In this document: positions 12,936 through 24,570 of the stretch, piece by piece
How positions within the stretch are numbered: position 1 is the stretch's first letter
How the letters are laid out: every line of letters starts with the position of its first letter
Assembly (NCBI GenBank): GCA_965113315.1
Contig: OZ220372.1
Source: Podarcis vaucheri
Taxonomy: Eukaryota
DNA: 64,000 bases
Direction: 5' to 3' (one strand)
Notes under the pieces: generated by a model
Seen by the model: the letters and a program-made list of their open reading frames with translations, nothing else
What the model was told of the DNA's origin: nothing
Databases searched by the model: none
Program-made: the position numbers and the translations under genes

Positions 12936-13644
12936 ATTTAGATAGTGTGCAAATCCATGATAAAACATGACACTCAGAAGTAGGTATCAATGGCGAGGTG
13001 TTTCAAGACTTACTTCAAAATGACCTGATATAGTCTTCACTCCAAGCTCCATGAGGTTTTAGTCTACATATGGAGCTGAGAGGGGAACCTCTGGCCCAGA
13101 AGCTGAATGTGACCCTTCAGATCTCTCTATACAGTTCTCAGGACTTTTCCAAGGTAATTTCCTTCTCCGCAGGCCTCACCCCTCACCACCTCTATAACAC
13201 ACCCTCCTTGAGATGGGCGGGGTATAAATTATAAATTATTATTATTATGAGCTTGGCCGGAATGTGTCCTTGCAGTGGCAGACTTTGGATTTTCAAATTT
13301 CAGTGGTGCCCTGTGCAACGACAAAATTCAGCACCCTCCGCTGAATTATTTCAAATGTATTTACAAATAAATTACTTGTAGTTTTCAAAATGGTCTCTGA
13401 CAAACAAACAAACAAAATCTGTTGAAGTGGCTAGAGTGCATGACTGTCCCAAATGCCCCTGGGGGAGTGATGGCATGTGGTGAGGTGACATTCCTCACAG
13501 GGACATGGTACAGAAAAAAAGATGGCTGCCTAAACGAGGGCAGCCATTTTCCTCTCATACAGTAGCCCTGTGAGGGACCTGCAGCCACATATAACATGCA
13601 GCAGATATTGCCTGTTAAACAAATGGGATTTTAAAAGAAAAGAA

Positions 13645-13697
13645 GAAGGAAGGAAGGAAGGAAGGAAGGAAGGAAGGAAGGAAGGAAGGAAGGAAGG
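13645..13697. repeat. (GAAG)n microsatellite
   Basis: Seen directly. Confidence 0.95.
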
Positions 13698-16600
13698 CCA
13701 CCTCATAGAATTAGTGGAAGCCTGGATTCTGTAGAGGGCTATGTTCTAATCCACACATTAGTCCCGAAGAAAAAGTCCACTTCAGATTTCAGCCTGCCAA
13801 ATTCCTCGAGCATCCTCCCTTTGAAATCCCCCTTCTCAGCTGTCTGACTTTATGAGATTAGAAAGGATCGAATTGTTTTAAATTCGGCCACATTATTTAA
13901 ATGTGTCTCTATCAATTGAATTATGGCTTAATCTAATGAAATCTAGCACTGCTTTTCTTTCTCATGGTTGAAAGCTGCTTGATACTTCCCTGTTTAGGAA
14001 TAATTTGTTTTTGCCACCATAGAAACTGGAAAGGGCACGTTTGCTAAGAGAGAAAGGTTTGCCTTTGGGCCACAACTTTGTAGACACAAAGATAATTTAA
14101 AATAATTTAGATAATTACCTACTTATAAACAGGGTCTGTCACTACATGTTGGCCCTTAATACTCAATGGGCATATCTGTGCCAAACATGGTTATCCCTTC
14201 CTTCTCCCCAGGGAAATATAGTTGAGCGGGTTTAGGAATCTCTTACAAAGAATGCTCACAAATCTGTGGGAGAAATCATGGCAGTAAAAGTAACACAAAC
14301 TAGTATAGACAGAGCAATGATGACCCACCCACCCCGTACTCTGAGCCTTCTGTGTGCTGTATACCAGTCACCTCGCCTCTGCCCCTCAGTGGCTGTCAGA
14401 CAGTTGTTCTCCCTCTTTCAAACCACACCGTTAGATATTTGCAAATGTGTTGTCATGACCCCCATTAACCTGCTTTTATGACATGCATCAGTCTTCACTC
14501 TCCTGGGCTGCCTATATGGGCATGTGACAGACATTACAGAAAAATTGACACAACATCCCAAACCAGCATGTTGGATTTGGCCGTGGGTGGGAGATGCATT
14601 AGAGCACCCAAAATGGCAACCTCATTGTTTGCACTGTGTAGGGAAGATTTGGCTTGAGTTTTAAGGGGAATTTCTCCTTGAAAAAAGTACTGAAACTATC
14701 CACAGTCCCTCTGCATGCAGGCACACGTACACAATCTCCCACATTACTTATCTTCAGAGAGTTCCACTCACACAGAGAAACTCACTTAACATTCTGCAGT
14801 GTCCACCACAGCTAATAGAAAGAGAGCAAACTGCTGAAGGGCAATTGCATAGCCCGTACTTAACCTTGAGCAAGAGGATTTGATGTCCAGGCCTCAGTTT
14901 CGCACCTCCTTGGCAAAGGCTGGCTAATCGGAGAGAACAGCAGAAAATGCTTCATGGCATTCAGCTTAACAGTTCAGATAAGGAAGCAGCCCAGGAAGCC
15001 ATTCTTTTCTGGATATAGGAGGGATATATAGCTAGCAGTTAAGATAGGGCAGAGAAAGTCACAAAATGCCTGGAATTTCTGCTTGTGTGATGGAAGGTGA
15101 TTTTCCACACAGCGGCTCAGAGGCGATAATATCTGTTCCTCTTTGGTCTAAGATCTTACCGACCAAGAAGAATAAGGGAAGAAGGGAAGACGTGAACTCA
15201 GTAGAGGCTACCTGGAACAACATTCAAACCCTTATTGTGTGCTGGCATTCTAGGGAAAATAGCCCGGTCTACTTAACCACCGCAAGAGCACACTTATCCA
15301 TCATCAAAAAAGAGGAGAAAAGGGTATTTATCTGCATAAAATTGGCCTATGCTAATTTATATGTAGAGATACAAAATTAGAAACAATTTCCATAATTTAT
15401 GCAAAAATGCAGTACATCTCATTTGGGTAAGACTGTGACGAGATTGGCTTGTGTGGCAGCTGATTCTACCGCCTAGTGTTATTGATGGGCAACTTCCAAA
15501 CTCCTTTTCTCCCTCCTTCAAGGCCTTTGCTGTGCTCCCTTCTTAGGCTCCTTTTCTTTAAAATGGACATGGGCCAGACAGATGTTCAAACCAAAGAGAC
15601 CTTCATATGGAAGGCTGTGCTCTGTAAAGTAGAACCTATCATCTGCCCTACACCTGATTAAAGAATGGATGGAAGGGGGAAGTTTTACCACATTTCCATT
15701 TTTACTTTGAAGTAATAAGACAACCTGTTTCAGAAAACTACCAACCAATTTTTGCTGTACCACTAAAGCCTAATAGAAACTGCCTGGGCAGTATATGCAG
15801 AGTGGAATAATAGATTTGCTTCCAGTGATTCAATATTAAGATCTTGGCCAGTGGTCCATTTGGGTATGAAGATCAAATTATTTCTGGAATTAGACAGATC
15901 AGGAGGGACGCCAGAAATTATGGGATTACTTTGAGGGCTAGGTTTAAAGAGGGCAAGGGAACATATGTACACAGAAAAACCACAGGGATGCACAATACAA
16001 AAGCCATACAAGGAGTGCTAGCTGGTGCTTCAAAATATGCTTCTGCTAATGGAATGCTTGCAAGATGGTAAACACCAAAACAGATGCAACCAAAAGTCTA
16101 GTTATACATCAAAAACTAAACTGGGGCACAACACTCGAGTAAAGTTCTCCTGCACAAACTCCACTGAAGTGAATGGGAGATGTGTAAGCAGCTCTCCCAG
16201 ATTGTTCCTCAGATGTTTGTTTGTTTTTAAAGGGAAAATTGGAATGGTTACAGGGTTGTAGAATTTTAATGTTAATGTTTTCACAACCCAATACTGTTCA
16301 GCCTTGACAGTGTCTGTATTATGTATTGTGTTACAAACTGTGGTCATGTTAAGGACACTGGGAGTATATAAATTTAATAAATAGCAAAAAACAAAATTTA
16401 AACCACAGAAGATAAGTGCAGCGTATGAACTTGCAAAATATCTAATGAGAGTTCACATGTTTAAGGAGTTGACGAGAACAGTGGGTCTTTTTACTCATTG
16501 CAGTCAAAGAAAACAGACCCTTTGCTTTTTACACATTTCACCAGTTGGGCGTGTCATTTTAGGGGTGAAATTTAATTTCTGCAAATTTCTTCAGTGAAGA

Positions 16601-19572
16601 GCCTTGAAAATAAGTTTTGGGGTATAAGGAATTCAAACCTGCTATTATTTTTTGTGACTGGACAACATTAAGCTTGGCAAATCTATGTTTGATTAGAAAA
16701 CACATAAAATGCTTTTGGAAAACCAAATAATTTTAATTTTACCTTCTGGTCAGGTAATACAAGTCTCCTGCCAATCACCAAGCAATACAATGATATCAGG
16801 CCCACACAGATCAACAATCCAGAGAAAATCTGGGAACTCTATGTGCAGAACAGATTCCTCCAGAAACTGAGCCAAACCACAAGCCACAAGTCAAGACACA
16901 CATGAGATTGATTATATGATCAAGATACTGAGGGTGGAGAAAACTTTCTGGAACACATATTCAGGTAAGGGAAACAGGATGCAAAGCATAAGAAATGAAC
17001 AGACAATGCCATTACCTTCATGCCCTGCTTATAAATTTTGCAGAGGCATTTGGGAGGCCACTGCTGTAAACAGTGCTGGACCAGTTGGAGACAATCAATT
17101 TGTTCAAGGCCACACACCCAATACAAGGCAGAAGTGGGATTTGAGCCCTTAAGTACAATTTCTTTGACACTACATACTGCTGCATCACAACAGCAACTTT
17201 ACACAAGGCCAACCAGTTAACTTACTATACAGATCCCAACCCATATCGTTCCCCTTGAAGAGATCCACTCCCTAAAAGAATTTCACCTGCATTTCCATAT
17301 ATTTACCCCCTCTCCTTCCTCCCACCCAACCCCAAAGAAAATATCCTCTCCCTTTTACCCATCTCCATGGCAAAGTCAGGTAGACAAACGATCAGCTTCC
17401 TATCCCCTTAAATCTCTCAACTCTCTCTGACAGGGAGAAGAGGTGGTTGACGGGGAGCTCCTGGGGTAGGAAAATTACGGTACAATAATTTGGAGAAAGC
17501 AGTGGACCAATCAAGCAGCCAACCTCCAAGGAATGCCACCAATGAGGAGCCAGACTTCTCACATCACCCACTGGCCCCAAACCACAGGAAGCAGACATGC
17601 ACAACTGCCAGCAACCCACAGGGGCAGGCGGGGAGCAAGTTCTCTGAACAACATTTGCATTCCCTCAGGAAATTTCCCCTTGAGGTGGCAACATGATATG
17701 CTGTGCATTGGCCAAATCCCAGCCTATTATTTCCCCAAATTGTTGACAATTTTTGCCCAAAAGTGCCCCAAAATGGTGTACAGTATTCATGCACCCAGTT
17801 TGGCAGAAGCCATGGTTGTATACATATTATCGAGTGCCAGTCTGGGAAGCCACCCCATGGGATGTCCTACAAGTACCACAATTGCCTTCCCTAGTAAGAG
17901 ATGACCTTCACTTCAAGGTGCTTCATGTTTCAACAACACATGAACATTCATTACTGCCATTAACCCCACCCCACTCCCCACCATGCATTGCAACTCCCCT
18001 CCCTTCCACACAAACATTTTCCCCACAACCTCCCCTTTTCCCATCACCGCCCCCCATCAACAAAACTTCACGCCACAACTTCCGTTCTTGATCATTTTAT
18101 TTTGGTGACTTTCATGCTACATAAAAATTAGCTTTTCTATAAAAAAGTATTCACAATTTTCCCCCAAAATATTTCAAGGGTATTTTTTTAAAAATATTTG
18201 TAAGTTTTCTTTTTTCAAGGGGGTTACTGGTCATCCCATATCCTCCTGCTGCCATCATCTTTGTTCTCTTTACATTAAAAATAAATATATGAGATGACAA
18301 GATTCAACACAGGAGGGATTTATTGACTCTAACCAAAAGACTGGGAAAATCCAGGTTTTCCCGAGTGGCTGGAGATACCCAGAAGAACATGGCACAGAGT
18401 GCCAATGGAATTTCACTGGGGAGGAACATTTATTTCTCTCCTGATTTCTGAGTCGCCCTTTTCTGTGAATGGGTGTGATTTCATAATGCAGAATAGCTGG
18501 AACGATTGGAGGAAGCTCCAAGAATTATGGACAAAGGTATCTGGGCAAATGTGAATTATTTTAAAACTTGAAACACAATCTCCCATCTCTCATACTAGAA
18601 TTTCATAGAAATTTCTCAACTCTACCAGATTTAAATCTAAAACCTGAAAAAAGACTATCCATACTATAACCAACAGATCAACTAACGGACTTCTAACCAG
18701 AAGTCTTGACTGTCAATTCTCTTTGACAGACATATTTTGGAACTGTTTATGGCACTTTGGAGGTTGTTGATTGTGATAAATGCATTGTTTGATCCAAAGT
18801 TTACAATTACCCACCTAAACTGGAGTGAATTTGTTTCCAATGTGGGTCTTATTCACCCAAATGCCATTTGCATGCATCTGGTTCCATACATGGGAGATTA
18901 AGGAATAATATATTGTTTTCATCTGTCTCTTCATCTTGTTCCGTATGAATTCCATACTCCCTTTAAGTGACTACAGATGTTCATGGACCAACTGGTAACT
19001 TACCAGGTACATATTTATTGCTTGGTACGCCAGTCAACTGAAACATCCTGCCAAGTGATGAATTTTATTACTACAGTTTCTAAATATTTCTGAGCAGATT
19101 AAGAAGTGTGGTAAATGTCTCATCACTTGACAGTCTGTTTCAGATGACCAACATTCCAAGTGTTGGAATGTACCGGTATATGATGTCCTCAGTAACTTGC
19201 ATAGGCTTCAGAAAACTGTCTTCCCCCTCTTCCCCAGTAATGTTAGCTCCAGAAAACACTGGAAGAAAGACCAATGGAGGTAAAGAGAAGGGCAAGACTG
19301 AGCTGTAATATATGTTACAATGCTTTCAAAGAGAATGTGGCTCTGATTTACACAAGTCACTATGTGAATACCTATATGCATAGCTCCTGCTTCCTCCAAT
19401 CCTTTCAACTATCACTCCATTCCCTATTATGAGATGACACCCACCCACATAAAAAGGTGACTAAGAAATACTGTATATAAGTAAATAGCACAATATAATA
19501 CGCAGGACCGTCAGCAATCCATGTTTGATTAACAGTACTCTATATAATCAATCATAGTGATTCTATGTATCT

Positions 19573-19573
<1 letters not shown>

Positions 19574-19604
<31 letters not shown>

Positions 19605-19629
19605 CATACAAACACACACACACACACAC
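19574..19629. repeat. (ATCA)n followed by (AC)n microsatellites
   Basis: Seen directly. Confidence 0.9.
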
Positions 19630-22600
19630 TGTACGGACGCACTAGCTGAAGTAAATGTACAGAAATTAGATTCTGAATGAGACAACCTGGTGGATTTAGC
19701 CATTCATTATGGATGAGGATAGGGAAGTTGTGAAAACCCATAAAAGAGAAAAGATGAAGAAGAGCATTGGGTCTTTGAACAGCAGTAAGCCTAGAATCAT
19801 ACAGTAATGTGGTTCATGCTGACGTTCCTTGCTGTTTTGGGAAATGTTGCTTGAAATTGTTATTTCTGTCAATTGTAAATTGTGTTCTCTCTCTATAATA
19901 CAGACAAAAGAAGGAAATCTACATTTTTAGTTACATTCATTTTCAGAATCTCTTTTGTTTCAGATGAATCATTCTAACTTGGTCTCACCATTCACTCCAC
20001 ATACACAAAACATTCATTTTAGTCAGTTTAAATTGTCAATTAAGCTCCATTTCAGTCTGGAGATTTTTCTTTTCTTTTACTAGTGGCCAAATGTTGGCAA
20101 AGTGCTTTTTCCCCACTAGGAAAGTTTTGTTAGAAATTTCCCAGTTAGTTTTTAAAAGGGAGGGAGCTTTCCAGATGATCAGTTTGTTAAAGCACATTCA
20201 CAGTCCAGTTCTACACCAAGTTTGACATGCTTAATCCCACAAAATTCAGTGGCTTTAGGGGCCTAACTACACATTACATTAATGATGTGATTAGCAATCA
20301 CATTGTGTGTTGTTAAAAATTAAATATCAAGTGCAGCGGAAACAACTGTTATCAGGATCCTTCCTGCTGTTGGCACAGTCTCCATAAAATGCCCCCCCCC
20401 AACACAGAAATTAACATTAGGGAGGGAGAATCCCCACTAATGCCAATGGGAGCTTGGTATGTAATGCAAGTAGCTGTGCTGGGCAGGGAGGGGAATTTCA
20501 TGCAAATTGCATCTGAGTAGAGCTTAACCCTTCTCATCCTGTGCACCCTGATCTTATTGACACTCACATCCCTGCACCTGTATTATTTTTCAAAAAATAG
20601 CATGCAATGTGATTGTAAATCATACTGTTAATATTATATGTAGTTAGGCTCCTGGATGCACAGAGTGCTTCACAGAACTGGACTGTAAGTGTGTTGTCAT
20701 TACTCATTTGTGATATGGGATCTACATTTCTAGCAGTGTCTCTATTGCAGCATAGGCAATGACTGCAGAGTACCTGCAATACCACCAGTGAGAAATGTGC
20801 TCACTCACCACCACAGCTCGTGACATTCTTGCATTTACAATTTTCAACTATTTATTTTATAGAATGCCCTTGTTTACTGTGCACTGTATCAGCTGTCTAC
20901 TGCAGTGATGGTGGAGCCATTCTGTACTAGTTCTAAACAAAATTTCAGTAAGCAAGGCAAACACATGTTGCCAATGAGGATGTTTTACGAGATTTCCCTT
21001 AAAGACATCTTTGCTGGCCGCACCCTTTTCAGCTGTGCTTTTTGAAAGCTGTGAACAACAAAACTGCTGTCTCCCACAATATGGTGACTCCCTCATCAGT
21101 GATTTTGGAAGAAGATGCTTCTGGAATCAGGGCTAGCATCGCTATATAACTAGAATAGGAGCCAGGGTTTCTGCCCCCTAATCATTGGAAAAGCCCCCAC
21201 CCCACCCCAATGAGAGAGCATGAGACAGAACAGCACAAAAGACCAGAGAGGTATATTGCAAAGCTCTGCTCTCTAACAATGACATCTCAGAACTGTCCTA
21301 CCATCAAACACATTACAAACACAGATTACACAGCCTCCCATCTGAACAACACAGACCGGAAACTATCTTAACGCTGCATTGCAGGCTACGCCTCCTTTAC
21401 CCCCCACCCAAGCTCCCCCAACTTACCTAAAAGTATGCATACAGCATGCACACACATTTCACAGTGGTTTGTGTGTGCCTGCCTGCCTGTTTGAATAAAC
21501 ACAGTAATTGATTCAGGCTTCCAAAGCCAATGATTTATACTAGGAACTAAATATTTGACTGTGAAATGTTATGGACAATAAGGAGACTTTGCTCCTGTCC
21601 TTCCCATGCCTCTTATACCTCCTTTATGCTTTCCCTTCCCCAACTCTCTTCTGTATCTCTGGGCTAAGCTGAATCTTAATACCGGAGACCTATGATTGAA
21701 CCTCTCAAGTGTTTCTTGCTTAGGCTTAAAGCAGCCATGGGAAGGAGGAATTTGATCATGGCTGCAGGAGGGTGGAGGTTCAACCCTTTCCTGCTGCTGC
21801 CTTCCAAATATGTATATCCCCACCGAAAGCTTCTTTTTAGGCATGAAGGGGGGAAATCGGTCCCTGCAGTGCTTCATGCTGAAGATTGATCTCCACCCAT
21901 ACAGCTCTCCTATCAATCCACAAACTGGCTTTGGAAAATGAGAGGATTGCAGTAAATGCACCTTCCCACTTTCCCCCCATGACCCTGCCAGAGTCTTGCA
22001 ACAAGACAGGATGTCAAGTACTGGCTGCAATATGCCTTTTAGCAATTGCACTATTCAGCAAAGAAGCACATTAGCCTAAATCCAAATCAGTTATCTGCTA
22101 GCTAGCAAGACTTAGCTTATGGCTCAAAGTCTAAATTTCATCCTGTTAAAGAGTAAAAGTGGCCATGATAATAGTGCAAATTGAACCAACAGAGTATGAA
22201 CAATTAATTAAAGGGTGTTGATGGGCTTGCCATAGTCTCAGGAGTCACCCAAAGGGCATTCCAAGCAATGTTTCCTCTGAGATGTATGAGAGGTTACTCA
22301 GTGATGTATGCACCACAGCAGTTGGTAGCAAGGCAGAAAGAAGCTTGGCACCAAGTGAAAGACGCCTGGCACCCAGCTGTGAATAAGGAGGACATGGCAG
22401 AAAAGCAAGGCGCTGTGCTGCAGACAGTGCAGCCCTTGGCTGCAAAGCAAAAGAGCCTGGCACACTAACAAGGATGATGATGCAGTCGATAGCAGAAACA
22501 GAAGCAGCACAGAGGGGAAATGTTGCACATAAGAGCAATAGGCAGTCATCAGTGACAATCGGAGGCATCTGTGACATACTGTCCACATACTGAATAACAC

Positions 22601-24394
22601 ATTGCCCTACATCTAACAGCACCATCCACTAAGAACATAAGGGAGTTGGTGGGTTGTGGGAATAACAGAATCCAAGTTGCAGAGGGGCAAATTCTCCCAC
22701 TTCTATGGAATGATGTTTGGCTAGCAAGGAATCCTTCAAATCGGTTCTTAATCTCTTCTGCCTATCATGAATTGCACAGAAAAATAGGCCACACATTAGT
22801 CCTTCCTGTCTACAAATCTAGCTATATGTACACTGTAAAGCTACTCTCAGTCCACTTTATTCAGGTGGCAAATGTGCACCACCTTTGAGCTATAAAGTCA
22901 ACCTTTCAGAGGGAGCCAAAGTCCTTTGCCACACCCACTGAGCCCCCAACCAAGAGTAGTTTTATACTTGGCAAAATAATAACTCATTCCACAAGGCTTT
23001 ACTTTTGATCTCTGCTTACAGCAAATCACAAAAACTAACACCTGCCTTTAAGATAAAACTATATATACTCTCAGCTTCCCTCTCACAAACCACAATGCAA
23101 GTGGAGCTTACAACATAGTAGAGAGAAACATCAGCATCCTCTCTGGCTTTAGTCATGGCTCTTCATGATATTCTACACATTCTTTATCCAGAACAGAACT
23201 CCCCATGCCCAGATCTTACACAGATGCTCATATGGTTAGATGGAAGGGTCACAGAGTCAATAAAAGGGCATGGCTTGTTCCACAACCCTGTATATATTCT
23301 GGGACGTGATCTCTATAAAGGCAGCTGCCCCTGCCTTTGTTGTAGAACAGTTAGGTCACACAAGAGTAGTTATATGGTCCAGAGGGAGGGGTGCAAGATT
23401 CCCCCTGCCCCTAGGCAGCACCCTGCAATTGGGGCTTGTAGAAAGGGCGAATTGAACTTGAGCTAGGAAAATTGCAAATCATTGTTTCAGATGCTGCTAC
23501 TAAAACAAACAGATTGGATTGACCTGCAAACTGCTACATAAATAAAAGGCACACAATAAGCATTACATAACATTATGGTAAAAATCAGTACAAATAAAGC
23601 TAGTTAACTGGCTAGAGAACTGGTCAACCAATAGATTTCAATTACCAGTTTTCTATGGGAAGATATTATTAAGCAAAGTTATTTCCAGATCAGTAAGAAT
23701 AATACAAAGGCACAATGCAAATCCAGATGCTTTTAACTGAAAAGGCAAATTGTTGGGCTGAAAGGCTACCCTGAACCCCACTTTACTTTAAAAGATGGTC
23801 AGGCTGGCATGCTCCCATATCCCCACCCCAATACACAGTTCAGAAAGCCAAACAAAACATTAATATCCTTATTCTGCATGTGACAGAAGGGTGAGGGCAG
23901 CTCCTTGGGTAACCTGCAGCTGCTGAAGAAAACGCCAACTACCACGAGCCCTTTCTTTCTATTTTGTTTTCTCAGGGAAAACATTCTAAGGCCATTATTT
24001 TCCACACCACTATTGGTAGCCTAAAACACATGAACTTGATGCTAAGAACATTTGAAAATGACCAAAATAAAAGGAGCAGGTGAGGATTATGTAACGCAGG
24101 AACATCCCTTAATGCAGTGAAGGGGGGGTGAGGGGGCACCTCTCTACAAACAATGGGCGGAATCCAGCACAAGGAGTGCTCAATGGAGCTTGTGCGAGAG
24201 AATATTCTGGTAGGTTGTACTCGGCATAAACCGTACCTCCCAAATGGAAACCAAACCCTCAGACACCGAGCCTTTGGAAATAAAAGACGGTCTGTTTCCT
24301 TCACCAGGGATAAGGAGATATGAGTCAGGCTGGCTCAGTGAAGAGGGGAGTGAACATTGGCCACTTTGTGGGAGGAGCTCATTATTCTGGCATG

Positions 24395-24570
24395 GTTCTG
24401 CCTCCACTGTTGAAGGCAGTAGGTGTCTGAATACCAACCACTGGGAATCAAGGGTGGGGAGAGGGCTGCTGTGGTCAAGTCCTGCTTTCAGGCTTCCCAT
24501 AGGCATCCCATTGGCCCCTGTGAGATGCTGGACTAGCTGGGCCACTGGCCTGATCCAGCAGGCTCGCCTT
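24395..24570 (+). mobile_element. CR1-family 3' UTR fragment
   Basis: ggcttcccataggcatc...gctggactagctgggccactggcctgatccagcaggctc tail. A related decayed copy lies at ~52250-52465. Confidence 0.65.

Noticed and set aside
19646-20841. Additional 7-10 bp inverted repeats (e.g. agattctgaa/ttcagaatct, attgtaaat/atttacaat)
   Set aside because: Consistent with the structured-UTR idea but individually near chance level in AT-rich sequence.
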